Origin: Conidiobolus incongruus B7586
Lineage: Eukaryota
Direction of reading: 5' to 3'
Assembly (NCBI GenBank): GCA_000697335.1
Contig: JNEM01006052.1
Location: 1 to 37,340, forward strand
Length of the DNA stretch: 37,340 nt
Of the stretch, positions 13,254 to 25,826 are shown in pieces. The position numbers were made by a program, and so were the translations under genes. Within the stretch, counting starts at the first letter, position 1. Each line of letters opens with the position of its first letter. Below the pieces are notes generated by a model. That model was given only the letters and a program-made list of their open reading frames with translations. It was not told where the DNA came from and made no database searches.

Positions 13254-14495
13254 ATGACTGGCCAATCGTTTGCCGAATCGTTGTTACAGAAACGTTTGTC
13301 TATGGATGACGCTTGCTCTTTAAACAAGCAGTCGAGGCCTGTTAAACAATCAAAGCTTGGACCTACACACTGTGCCAATTGTGGTACTGATCATACTCCA
13401 TTATGGAGAAGAGCTCCCGACGGATCGACTGTTTGCAACGCCTGTGGCCTTTACCTCAAGTCCAATAAATCCGATCGTCCCAATCGACTTAAAAAGCCTA
13501 CTCAGAAAACCTCGTGCTCCTCCTCCGCATCCAAACAAGGCGGTTCTTGTGCCGGTGATGGCCACTGTAATGGAACTGGTGGCTCCGCATCTTGTGCTGG
13601 CTGTCCAGCATTCCACCAGAGCAACGTCGCTAAACAGAATACAGTATGTGCTAATTGCTCCGCTACAACGACCCCCCTTTGGAGAAGAGATGATACCGGC
13701 GCTACTATCTGTAATGCTTGCGGTTTATATTACAAACTTCATAAAACACATCGTCCTGTCAGTTTAAAGAAGACGGTGATTAAGCGCCGTAAGCGCTTTA
13801 CTCAGTTTCAATTGGGCCAAGATGGTAGTAATTGGGATGGAGAATCCTCAGAAATGGGTGACATAACTCATGCTTCATCTGATAATGCTCAAAATCACCA
13901 CATAACTAGTTCGAAAATCAATATAACTCATTCGATGTCGACGTTCAAAATAAATGACGTCCCAGCAATTGAAGATTTCATCGTAAGAAAGAAGAAGTCT
14001 CAGGATCAAGACGACTGCCTACCAAAGTACATTATTGAATTCCCCGAAAATGAATTCGACATACCTTACCACTCTCCTCAAAGCTTAGAATCGATATCAC
14101 AGCCTTCTATTAACGAACCACAATCTAGCGACGATTTGTCTCATTTAAGCAGAAGTGTGTCGACCATGTTCCATCAACAAGACTATTCTATGCCCAGCTA
14201 CAATCCTCAACCTAGACCCAATATCACATTACCCTCCATCCAGTCCTTCTACACACCAGATATGAATTTGGCCCCCATCTCACCTCACATCTCACCGAAT
14301 TTGCCACCCTCTAATATGAGCCATAGAGCCCTATTAGGCTATAGGGAGGAGTTGGAACAGCAAGTTCAACAGTTGAATACTCTCATCCAAAAAACATCGA
14401 CACTATTACAAGGTGTGGACCACGCTTTACACAGACCGATTAGTAGCTCTCCTCCTCCCCTTCCGCCCCAAAGCTATCCCTTTTTCACTTCATAA
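13254..14495 (+). CDS. sreA: Iron-responsive GATA transcriptional repressor (SreA/Fep1/Urbs1/Sfu1 family)
   Basis: Two GATA fingers (CANCGTDHTPLWRR...CNACGLY; CANCSATTTPLWRR...CNACGLYYKLH) flank the diagnostic Cx5Cx8Cx2C region (GSCAGDGHCNGTGGSASCAGCPA). C-terminal coiled coil YREELEQQVQQLNTLIQKTSTLL. Confidence 0.93.
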   Translation: MTGQSFAESLLQKRLSMDDACSLNKQSRPVKQSKLGPTHCANCGTDHTPLWRRAPDGSTVCNACGLYLKSNKSDRPNRLKKPTQKTSCSSSASKQGGSCAGDGHCNGTGGSASCAGCPAFHQSNVAKQNTVCANCSATTTPLWRRDDTGATICNACGLYYKLHKTHRPVSLKKTVIKRRKRFTQFQLGQDGSNWDGESSEMGDITHASSDNAQNHHITSSKINITHSMSTFKINDVPAIEDFIVRKKKSQDQDDCLPKYIIEFPENEFDIPYHSPQSLESISQPSINEPQSSDDLSHLSRSVSTMFHQQDYSMPSYNPQPRPNITLPSIQSFYTPDMNLAPISPHISPNLPPSNMSHRALLGYREELEQQVQQLNTLIQKTSTLLQGVDHALHRPISSSPPPLPPQSYPFFTS

Positions 14496-14858
14496 ATAGT
14501 TATTTGTATATTTAAGTAAATTATGTTTATTCTAACTATAAATTATTTTCATTTTCTGCACTTATTTAAATATTTAATAAATAATGCCCTCCTTTAAATA
14601 GTACTATTATGTTTAGTATATTTAAAATATAATGAACCTTTGAAATTTTTATATTGGATTTATTTAAAATTAATATGGAATATGATTATAATGGAATTTA
14701 ATAGTATACTTAATTAGTGGTTCAACAATATCAGATATTCATTAATGTAATGAAATCAATAATAAAATGATTTTATTGAACATTATAAATTTGTTATTAC
14801 AATATATTAGATAAAATAGATAAGATATATAATTAATGCAATAAAACTAATAATATTA

Positions 14859-17800
14859 TTAATCCCCAAATAAAAACATCAAATCCTTTTCATTCAATTT
14901 TTGGATTTGGAAATCTGTCAATTTACCAGAGAGAGCTCCTTGAGCAATTAATCGCTAGTAATATCCATTAGCATCAAGTTGGAATATAATTAAATATGCT
15001 TACTTTTTTCTCTTGCAACTCCATAATCTTATCTTCGATAGTATTCTCTACAGTGATTCGGAACACGTGAACGGCATTCTTCTGACCGATACGATGGACA
15101 CGATCGATTGCTTGCTCTTCAACCATTGGATTCCACCATACGTCCATAAGGATTACGTAGTTTGCGAAATTCAAATTAAGGCCAACAGATCCCGCTCTCA
15201 AACTGATGAGCATGACTTTGGTATTGAGACTTTTCTGCAACTTTTCAATTGCGTATTGTCTTTCTTCAGCTCTCATTGTTCCGTCCACTATGATTGAGTC
15301 AGTAATAAGTTATTATTAAAGCTGTCGATTTACATCTGGTAAATTGAATCTTGTTAGATGTCAATTCGGGCTCAATAATGTCCAGCATTTTGGTAAACTA
15401 AATTAGAGATAAGGATTTAACTCATAGAATACAAAAATAAATTACCTGAGAAAAGATAATCACCTTACCAGTAGGATCAGTTTCATCAATCTCTCGCAAT
15501 TTAGCTATCAATGCTTCAATTTTAGCAGATGATGATATGGAACCTGGAGTTCTAGTCAATCCAAGCTCCCTGTCTACCTGCTCTTGAAGGAGAACACTAT
15601 TTTCGTTCCACTCATCCAAATCGTCACAAGCATTCTCTTTAATTGAATCCTGGACCAGCTTGAGGTGATCACATGCTTGGCGCATTCTCAGCAAGAGCAC
15701 AAGTACATAAGTGAAATGGGATCGCACTTCATTTGCTTCCAAAAGTTCGTTGAACTTTTCCATACATTTGGAAGCGAGTGCATCGTACGCTTCCCTCTCA
15801 AATGGAGTGAATTGGACTTTGAGCTGCTGGACATTGCGGGGTGGCAACTCGAGCAATTGCTTGCCTAATAATTCGGATGTTTTAGTTCTTCTGAGCATAA
15901 TAGATTGGAGAACTAAGTGTAAGCGTTTTAAACCCACTTCGCTTCGTTTGTTGTAGGTGATCAAATTGTCAATATGGTTTTGGAACAAATTAATGTAGTT
16001 GTAGGGCTTAATTCTCAAAAATTTAATTAGCGAATACGCCTCTTGGGTATTATTTTGAAGGGGTGTTCCACTAAGACACCAGCGATATTTGGTCTTGAGA
16101 TTGCAACATGCTTTAGCAGTCTTTGACTTCATGTTCTTGATATACTGTGCCTCATCCAGAACAACTCTATAGTAAGTGCCCTCATGAAGAGGACCATGTA
16201 CAGTTCTTGTTCGAGCTTCGCTTCTTACCTTATTATTCTTTTGTTCGCGGATTTTAGGAGCAAATTCCTCAGATACTTGATTATAAGTAGTTAATACGAT
16301 ATCATAATGCTGAAATTTTTTGCTGTTTTTGGATTTGGTAGGGCCGTGATGAACAAAAATGGATAAACCTTTGGCATCCAATCCCCTTTTGGTTTTTGCT
16401 CGAATTTCTTTTTGCCACTGATTTAATAGAGATACTGGGACGATGACTAGAGTGGGCTTAGGCTCTTTTCTTTTTGGTCGATGATTCAATATCAAACATA
16501 TAGTTTGTAGTGTTTTTCCTAAACCCATATCATCGGCTAAAATTCCACCTCGATGTTCAGATAACTCTTGTGACATCATCCAATCGATCCCTCTGACCTG
16601 ATGATCCAATAGATCTACTTTGAGATTTTTCGGGGTTACTGCAAGTCGCATCTGCTTCAATTCAAGAGGAGTAATTGGCTGGAGCGCAGAGTTAAGCTTG
16701 AGGTTTGAGAAAAACTTAATGAATAATTCCTTCGGATCTTTGGCATAAATAAGGGGTCCTTCAGGATCGTAATCCGATTCGACAGAAATAACTGAGTTTC
16801 CATCGGAGTCAGACGATACAAGTTGCTCTTCATGGTCAACAGAATCATCATCTGCTACAAAGTTAGCTATATAAGAGGGAGTAATGCTTAGATAATGGAA
16901 TTGGATAGTTAGTAGAATAGATACCTAAGTCTTCATCTTCGTTTTCTTCATCCTCACTTCGAGTTTCGTCAGAGCGTACACTGTCGCTCCCATCTTCATA
17001 ATCACTGATCTCCAGTACCCTCTTGGATCTGGTTCGATCTGCTAAACCACTATATGGTGAATTATCTTCATCTCCATTGAAAGAATTATTATCTTTGTCT
17101 AAAATTATAAATGTATTGAGATTAAATACCTAGAATAAAATTGATTCAACATCGTTATACCTAAATTACTATCATTAACTGTGTATTTTTTAGCATTCTG
17201 AGATCCAAATCTTTCTGTACTAATCTCTAAAGCATCATTATCATTACTAAATTGATGATCATTGGCGTAATTCCCATTTTCCTGTGAGATCAACGGTTTA
17301 TCCGAGGTTTTTAGTGATTGACCATTCACATCAGAGTTTGAACTCTCAGATTTGAGTAAATTCATTTTGTCCAAATACTCATTCATCTTTGTCAGTTGGT
17401 CAGATTTTTCCACTCGGTTAGATTCTGATAGTTCAATATCGTTCAAGATTTTAGGTGATAGGACGCTGGGTTCGGATTCAATAAAGCTGAAATCGTTGAA
17501 AATTTCATTGGATAAGTTGCTTTCGTGAGATTTCACTTCAGGTAGAGGCTTTGTGGATGCTTGATCACCAGTTGCTGGCTGCTCAGAATTCAAAGGCTTT
17601 GTCAAAGAGCTAAAAGTGAACCTTGGTGAAGGCCTTTTAGGACCAACTATAGAGAATATTTAATGTGTTAGCTAATAATAAAATGAAAAAATGCTATGTA
17701 ATACATGAAAAGCTATCAGTCCTTAATTTTTTGATAATCGGTTCTTCATTTTTATCCATATTCTCATTATTATTTTTAATGCTTAAAATACTTTGAGTAT

Positions 17801-18104
17801 TAGAAATTTTGTTCATTTCTCCTTCGTCATCCGAGTCAAAGGTTAAGTCGATAGTTTTGACTTTATGGTCATAAGTTTGTAATTCCATAGATTGATCTCT
17901 ATCAAATTGGTCATTGAGCCAATTCAAACCAGAGTTACTGGACTCTTGCTCACCAACTGTTCCTTGGGATACTGTTCTATTTGTGATTTGAGATTGAGCA
18001 CACTCTTCACGCCTTAACTTGTTTACACCATTTCGATGAGCAGTGACTAGGTTAAGTTTTGGCGATCCTGGTGGTGAATCTGTTAAATCGATAACTTTTG
18101 TCAT
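14859..18104 (-). CDS. SNF2-family DNA-dependent ATPase of the Rad5/Rad16-like group (Uls1/Ris1- or TTF2-like), 7 exons, ~970 aa
   Basis: Motifs GGILADDMGLGKT, RVVLDEAQ, WCLSGTPLQN, LLLRMRQACDH, KVIIFSQF, LDGTM, GSVGLNL, WWNP..EEQAIDRVHRIGQ. Exons 18104-17705, 17646-17161, 17098-16925, 16854-15446, 15397-15334, 15287-15004 and 14954-14859 join in frame through GT-AG introns (2913 nt). Confidence 0.9.
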
Positions 18105-18431
18105 ACAATTAAATGTGTTAGATTAAGTATATGATTAGCAAATAAAATTTAAATTAATAAAGTTAAATAAATTTGGATTAATAATGAAATTTAAATTTAC
18201 AAAAATTAGTGGATAAAGAAAAAACAAGGATTGTTTGGCTCAATTTATACTCGTTTCAAGATCATAATCCCATAAAAATTCAAATTATTAAATTTGATAA
18301 ATAAAGGACTATTAATTTAGCATAAATTCTGCTATAACAGTTAAAAACAAATATTTACAATATTGATTAAACCATATCATTTAGATAAAATATATTAATA
18401 AATTTAATAGCAACCAATTATATTGACAATA
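18105..18431. promoter_or_regulatory. Short divergent intergenic region, likely a bidirectional promoter (SNF2 ATPase / FMT1)
   Basis: Head-to-head start codons with 327 bp between them. Confidence 0.5.
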
Positions 18432-19954
18432 ATGTTAATAACTATCAAATCAAGAGTCCAATTAAAATGGATTCCTGATATTTGCCAAATTCAACACTAT
18501 TCAACTTTAAAAAATGTAAATAAAAATTATTATATTAATAAACAAATTAATACAATCATTTTTTAGAAATTCAATATTTGTTTCTTTGGTACTGATCAAT
18601 TCTCACAATATAGCTTAGAGAAATTATTACATTATAGAGGTATATTAACTTATTAAATATTAATATATTAAAAACCAAGTATTCACAATGGTTTAGATAG
18701 CTTTAACAGTAGAATTAATCGTATTGATGTGGTAACACCTCCAGACTCTAGAACAGGGAGAGGTTATAAAATCATTACACCAGGTAACTCAATAATACTT
18801 GATTCTAATTGATAGAGATCCTGATTAACCAATTTCAAATATTAGCCCCATTGAAAACATTTGCTGAAAAACATTCATTATCTGTAGTTCATCCACCACC
18901 CAAGAAATTTGGAGATTGGGAGGTAATCCAATCTAACTTTATTTTATCATTATAACAAATTATCATTGGTAGATACCAGATTTCAACCACAAGAAATACG
19001 ATTTAGCAATTGCTGTATCGTTTGGGTATTTTATTCCTACAAGAATTTTAACCAAGTTTCCTCAAGGTGGATTAAATGTTCATCCTTCGCTATTGCCAAA
19101 GTAATTACAGTATAACATATTTGAATATACTGTTAATTAATTAATATATTTGTAGATATCGTGGAGCAGCTCCCATCTTCCACACCTTATTCAACGAAGA
19201 AAAAGAGACGGGTGTCACGGTACAAGAATTATCCACTGAAAAATTCGATGCTGGTAAAATATTAAATCAAAAAACTATGGTAATCAGTTTATAAAAAGTA
19301 CTTAATAATCAATTTACTTGACTGACTGATTTAGATAATTCCCAACAACCCCTACTATTTGGATATATATGAAAAGTTGGGTTTAATGGGTGCTGATATG
19401 TTAGTTGAAACTATTGACGATTTGGAAAATTTCAAGGTAATAATGGCTCTATTTCATTGAGATTACTAATATTAATGTGTTTGAAATAGATGAATGCTAA
19501 GTTACAAAATGCTAGCCAAATAACTTACGCCAAAAAATTCGGGAAAGAATTTATGAAAATTAATTGGAGGGAAGATGATATTCATTTAATTATGAAAAAA
19601 TTTAGAATATTGGGTTGGAAGGTAATTATTATTATTATATCATTATTAATAGAAATTGTAAAAATTCATGGTTTATAGTTTTCATTATTTGCTGAATTTA
19701 GAAATCAAACTATTCAACTATTTCCAATTGACGATTCATCCAAAGTTGATTTAAAGTCAATTAAAATCAGATCCGATTCACCTCCTGGAACTCTTTACTT
19801 TACTATTGATCATCAATATTTGGTCATCAGTACTTTAAATCCTAACGAATTTCTCATCATTGATCAAGTTCACGTATCTAACAAATGTAAGATCCGTGTT
19901 AAAGAGTTTTTGAACGGTTATCAATTGATTAATGGTAAAGAAATTTTACATTAA
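18432..19954 (+). CDS. FMT1: Mitochondrial methionyl-tRNA formyltransferase, 9 exons, ~360 aa
   Basis: Spliced translation gives NICFFGTDQFS, VVTPPD..TGRG, DLAIAVSFGYFIP, GLNVHPSLLPKYRGAAPI, ETGVTVQ, FDAGKIL, TYAKK. Exons 18432-18515, 18567-18639, 18697-18783, 18846-18922, 18973-19100, 19156-19279, 19335-19436, 19490-19621 and 19679-19954 total 1083 nt in frame. N-terminus resembles a presequence. Confidence 0.9.
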
Positions 19955-20314
19955 TGAATAAAATTGGTAAATTTTTGAATATTTTATATTAAAATGGTTT
20001 ATAAAATAGCAAATTCGTAATAGAATTAATGACTTCTTATTTATTAAAGTCAATTTTAGTTTCAATCAAAATGAAATAATAAGTATTTGATAAATAAAAT
20101 CAAACTCTATTAAATTTATGATATGAAATAATTAATTGCTTATTATGATTTTTGAATAGTATTCAAAATGTTTTATTATTTGTTAATAAATTCATCATAT
20201 ATAATCATGAATTAGATACTATAATTAATTTATTAACATACAGTCTACTATTAATCAATTTAAAAATGTATATGAAAGGAAAAATCACGATTTTACAAAC
20301 TCTGACGAATTATT

Positions 20315-22772
20315 TCATTTTTTACCTTTCTGAATCGTTAAACTTCTGTTCCCCTTCTCGTTATAATTAGGTTTCTTCTTGGGCTGAGGGATTGTATCTA
20401 TGACCTCATTCTGAGGATTAAAGCTGTTTTTGGTATTTTTAATAAACTTGGACTTTTTGGGTGTGGGTGTGGTGAGGTCCTGAGCCATATTATTCAATGC
20501 GGCCTCGTAGTCATATCCACTGGATGGAATGACATCATCAGGATTAATAGTATTCTCGGCACCGAGATGAATTTGGGGCTCTGAGATCAAGGCTTCGTTT
20601 GGTTTTGTTGTTTCAACAGATGCAGAGAGTTGATATACTTTCTGCTCGGCGATGATTGGCTTCTCTTCAGCAGGAGCTATCTTGGGCTTCTTGTACACAA
20701 TTTCATCGTCAGGATTGGAAACTTGATCAAATATGATCTTAACGTTATCCGGAAGTGGGGAGAATCTCAAATTAGATAAAATTTGATCCACTTGAGCATT
20801 TCTTTGAATTACATGGAAATTGCCAGTAAATCCATATTTAGCTCCAAAAAGTTGGGAGTGTGATTTAGTAAGATGTGTAACAACTAAATTGGGCGGAAGT
20901 ACTTCAGTAAGTGGTCGAAGAGGTTTTTCGGAGTCAATAGAGATGCTTGCAACAGCAGTGGTAACAGTTGAGATTGGTACTTTAGTTGCATCAAGCACAG
21001 GTTCTGGCTGCATCAATGTTGCCTGTTTGGCTTCGTTGATGATATTGACAATTTCAGTGGCATCGGATCTAACAATATTAGGTACAACATCACACAATTT
21101 GAACACATCAGCAGCAGTAGAAGGCATATTTTGAGCAAACTTAATCAACAAATGATCTGGAAGAACGTATTTAACACTATCATCTTGCTGACGAGCAATC
21201 ATATCTCTCCAACGATGTAAGGAGCGGAAAGCTTCAAACTGTTTTGGTGTGAGTGGTACATTGAACTTATTAAGAATTTTAGCCCATCCACCAGTTCCCA
21301 AGCCATTTTCAAAATCAAGAACAGGCTTTTCGTACTTTTTAAGAGCAACTTCTTGGGACCAATCTAACACGGTATACAATTGGTTGGGGTGATTAGGTTG
21401 AGAATTGTTGAAAAGTTCAATCTTTAAGTGATCGTAAATTTCGAGGAGGAAATGGGTATCAGCTCTAGCATAATTAATCATTTCTTTTGTTAAGGGGCGA
21501 ATTCTCCAATCAGCTAATTGATATTTTTTATCAGCTTCAAAACCAATGAAAGTCTTGAGTAAATAGGCTAAAGACTTTTGTTGTATGTTTAAGAGTTTAG
21601 CAGCCTGATAAGTATCAAATAAACCAACAAGGTAAAGCCCAAAGTCTCTTTGCAACCAAAGAACATCAAAATCAGCACCATGTAACACTTTCACAATTTG
21701 CGGATTAGCAAAAGCTTGATTAAGAATAAATAACTCTTTTCTCAGCTTCAAAGTGTCTATAATGAAATCTTCGGTTCTAGTACTGATTTGCATTAAACAA
21801 GTAAACCCTTGATACGTCAAATAGTCGTGATGTTCCAAATCAATAGCTAGTTCTTTAGCTTCTAGTAATTTAGGGAGTATTTCTTCCAATTGCTCAACGG
21901 TTTCAATGTAATGTAAAATTGTTTCTTCCATAGCTTGAGAAGGGCAAACATCGTCTTTGGTTAAAAGAAATTCGGGGGGTTGATGATTTCGAATTTCGTA
22001 TTCGTATGGATGTGGTAAAGATTTAGATTCAAGGTCGTATATAGTAATCTCATCTAATGGTTTATCAAATAAAGGAGGTAAAACTAAAATTAAATAATTA
22101 ATAAAAAGCGTAAAATAATTATTCAAGTACTTACTATTATCTAAAGGAACGATGGCATGTGGTTTAGACATATTACGATATACCCAAGATACAAAGTGAG
22201 TAGAAGCTGAATTATCTATTTTATCCGTGAAAAAAACTTGAGGTCTATTTAAATTTTTTGCAGCAAGAACTTTTAGAGGGCCTTTTTGACTATTTTCATT
22301 GGGTTGGAAAGTTGTAACAAAATTTTGCTTTTGTAAGGAGAAGCCTGCTCTTTCAGAAGAATTTGCTTGTGCTCTAATGTGATCTAAACCAATATCCTAT
22401 ATAAAGCTTAATTAAACCTGAAAACTAATCATTTTTAATATTAATACTTACAACTCTTTCGAAAAGTGAATCGGTTACATCAGTCAAAATGGATAATTGA
22501 CCTTCAAGCAGATCTTCAAAGCTGGGCTTAAGTTGTTCTTTTCCTTTACCGCTAGCCAATTCTATTATAGAGCTTGAAGTTCTATAAAGTCGATCTGATA
22601 TAGCACTCAATTGTTGATCTAAATCAAGATCTAATACTCTTTGTGATGAAATATCTGAAGGTAAGCCAGCAAGTGTTTGATTAACAAATTGGAGTCTTTG
22701 GAATAAAAAATCTAATCCATCTTTGAGTAATTGAACTTCTGAAATAGATTTATTATCTTGATTATCCTCCAT
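20315..22772 (-). CDS. RRP6: Nuclear exosome 3'-5' exoribonuclease Rrp6/EXOSC10, 3 exons, ~783 aa
   Basis: HPYEYEI, ELAIDLEHH, GFTCLMQISTR, KVLHGADFDVLWLQRDFGLY, YQLADWRIRPL, YARADTHFLL and HRDC (WRDMIARQQDDS..YVLP). PMC2NT-like N-terminal exon. Exons 22772-22452, 22396-22135, 22083-20315. Confidence 0.95.
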
Positions 22773-23158
22773 GTTAGTTTTCGGTGTTTTAGTACTCAAT
22801 ATATATAATTAAAATATCTTTAATGACTTGATAACTATTTTATTAATGAATTTAATACTATTAAATTGCACTAAATTAAGGGAATGATATCAAACAAACA
22901 GAGAATTTGTAGAATAAAAATTTAAAATTTTTATGGGATCCAAATGTATAATTGTTATCCTTTGTCATAGTGAGGTATTTAGCCAAATAGTCACTGTTCG
23001 TTAATGCTAAGGCATTTATTAAGTACTTATAAGCGTTATTTTTTACTGCGTTCAAATAATGCTTTTTTAATTTGTTAAAATATCAATTAATCTTAATAAT
23101 ATAATAATTCAATTTCTTAATTGTTATACAATAAATACTATCTATTATATAAATCGAA
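22773..23158. promoter_or_regulatory. Short divergent intergenic region, likely a bidirectional promoter (RRP6 / STE50-like)
   Basis: Head-to-head start codons with 386 bp between them. Confidence 0.5.
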
Positions 23159-24524
23159 ATGTCGAAAATGGAAGAAGTGACTCAATGGTCTGTGGATCGA
23201 GTGTGCTCTTGGCTTGGTACAGTAGGATTTGATACACACCAAAAAATTTTTACAGGTTTTGAAAATTAAAATTTATTTTGGCTTAGTTTCTTATTGTTTT
23301 TAATTTTTTTTATTTATAGAACAGGGGATAACAGGAGAAGTACTTATTCAACTTAATCATGAAAGTTTGGCTGATTTAGGCATTCATTCAGTGGGAATGA
23401 GACTTATGTTTTTAAAAGCAGTGTATGAACTAAAATTAAAATTTAATAGTCCTATTTTTCCAGAAGATTATATTCCTCCAGGTATTTTATTTTTAAATTT
23501 ATTTCAATCATCTTCTTATATTTTTATTATAATCATTTTAGTTGAAATTGAAGAGGTATCATAACTTATGCTTTAATAATACATAAAATTAAGTACATTT
23601 TATTAGTTAAGCGAAGATATGTTTGAAAAATATAATATTGCCGATTTTAAATTAGCTTCAGCTTTAAGAGAAAGAGGTAGATTTTATCTCATTTGACAAG
23701 ATGAATCTGTAAAATTTACTAGTTTATAATTAATAGATACGGTAATCAAACATCTTGTTCAAGAAATTTCAAGACTTTCTATGGATGTTAGCAAACTTCG
23801 AGAAGAGCTCAGACAAACTCGAGCTGCTGCTTCTCCACCTTCTCCCAATAATAAAAGAATGAGTGGAATTCCAAAGAGACGCCCGGCACCTATTATGACT
23901 AAATTATTTAGTCATTCTCCTTCATATTCCTCGCACTCTCCTTCATCCTCACGTCACACAACTAATATTCCTCCTTCCCCACACTCACCTACGCCCACAA
24001 CTACTCCAAGCACCAGCAATAGTGCTTCTAATGATTTTAGCTCATATTCTTCCTCAAATCACTCCACTTCAATCGAATCGCATCAGCAACCAGATTTACC
24101 TTCAACAGATGCCATAAGAGTCTATGGTGATCGTCTGAATAATCGCGAGAACGAAGCTTACAAAAGTTTCCGAATTAACTTAGATGACCCTTGCCACAAG
24201 GTCATCCCTGCAGCTCTTAAAAAATATAAAATTAACGACGACTGGAGGAATTACAGTCTCTATATTTATCATGGGAATGTTGAAAGAAAACTTGGATTAG
24301 ACGATAAACCTCTAAGCCTTTATCAGCAACTTAAAGAAGCGAACGCTAGTCCTGTATTCGTTCTCAAACACAACAAAAAGGGACGAGTCCTTGGCAACGG
24401 TCAATTTTCTAACGCACCAAGAAGTACATCTAACTTGACATCTAGTAACACGAGAATTTCTTTGGACGAACCTGCTCTAGATAACCACTCTGAAAAGTTA
24501 CCAGATTTACCAAGTCAGAGTTGA
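23159..24524 (+). CDS. STE50: Ste50/Ubc2-like MAPK adaptor (SAM domain, coiled coil, Ser/Pro linker, Ras-association domain), 5 exons, ~376 aa
   Basis: SAM: WSVDRVCSWL...EQGITGEVLIQLNHESLADLGIHSVGMRL..LKAVYELK. RA: YKSFRINLDDPCHKVIPAALKKYKINDDWRNYSLYI...ERKLGLDDKPL...PVFVLK. Exons 23159-23255, 23320-23481, 23542-23555, 23607-23676, 23737-24524. Confidence 0.85.
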
Positions 24525-25826
24525 AAATTAATGTGTTTGATCAGATAATTTGTTCATGATACGATTTATCTATCTAGTTTATGTAATTCTTGAGATATTG
24601 TATCTTAACCAATCTGATCTTAAATATGTATAGAGAATTAAAACTGAGCCATTGTAAACATCTGTCAAAAACTATATCTGCTACAGAAACATTAAAGTAA
24701 ATATTTGTTTTTAAGCATAATAGTTTTTGATAATTTTAAGCCACATTTAGTTTATTTTTTTGTATCTTCATATTTATGCCAAAAATATTTAATTGATGTA
24801 GTAAATTTACCTAAATTTTATTTCCTCAATCAGGATCTTCATTAATATCTTTTAGATCTATTTTCTTATGACTTTGCATTTTACAAAAAATGACTTTAAT
24901 CATAAAATACATATGTACAATTTGAAATCAGAAATTTATTTTATAGAATTACAGAGTTACCGATTAAATTGTTCTCCATTTTGCTCAATGATGATTTATA
25001 AATTGATAAAATATACAGGATCTGGTTCCTGTTCAATATTCATTTTATATGATTGAATTTATAACTTTTCCCGCAATATTTTATTTCAAAGTAATAAGCT
25101 GTGATAATGATATTCCAATGTAGAAATATTTTGTATTATTGATTATGTTTTACATCCACTAATATATTCATAACTCATGTTGAATCATTTAGAAAGTCAA
25201 TACAATTTATGGAAGTGCAATATCAATAATGTAACTTAATCAAATTTGACTTGGTTTTACAAAATACAAATAACACATCTAAAAAGAGCCTATTGTATCA
25301 AATATAAAACTGATGAAAATTTAATTATTTAGTTTAAAGTGTTTAAATCGTTTTCAATTTAATAATTATACAATATATCTCGATATTACTTGATTTCATT
25401 TAGAAATGGCATTATTTATAATAATAATTTAGTAAATTTAACATTGATATTGAATGAGTAAAAGCGTATATTTCAAATAATTTAAAATATAACCAGCATA
25501 TTATTAACTTCAATAAAATTTTCTAATTATTGAATAGCTTTAAAGCTTGATCCTCTATCATTTTTAATCAATATAGTCTGGTTATAGTCAAAAACTCATA
25601 AAATTTATATTCAATTACATATTTGATACAGATTAACACATAGTAATATTAATTAGATATTTATTAATAAATATAAATTAGATAAATATTTTTTATGAAT
25701 ATGGATCTAATTTAATGAATGTTGTACAAGTATTAAAATTTAAGCAGATGATGGCTAATAATGAATTTTTGATGTCTAATATGATTATAACTAAGTTATT
25801 ATGGCCTAATATATAAATAAATGTTA

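Noticed and set aside
13357..13767. Alternative-frame and antisense ORFs inside sreA, SNF2, RRP6, GCAT and PUT1 (e.g. 15013-15297, 16657-16851, 20820-21134, 29601-29828, 36304-36633, 36788-37336)
   Set aside because: Shadow ORFs of real genes, explained by the higher GC and codon bias of the sense frame.
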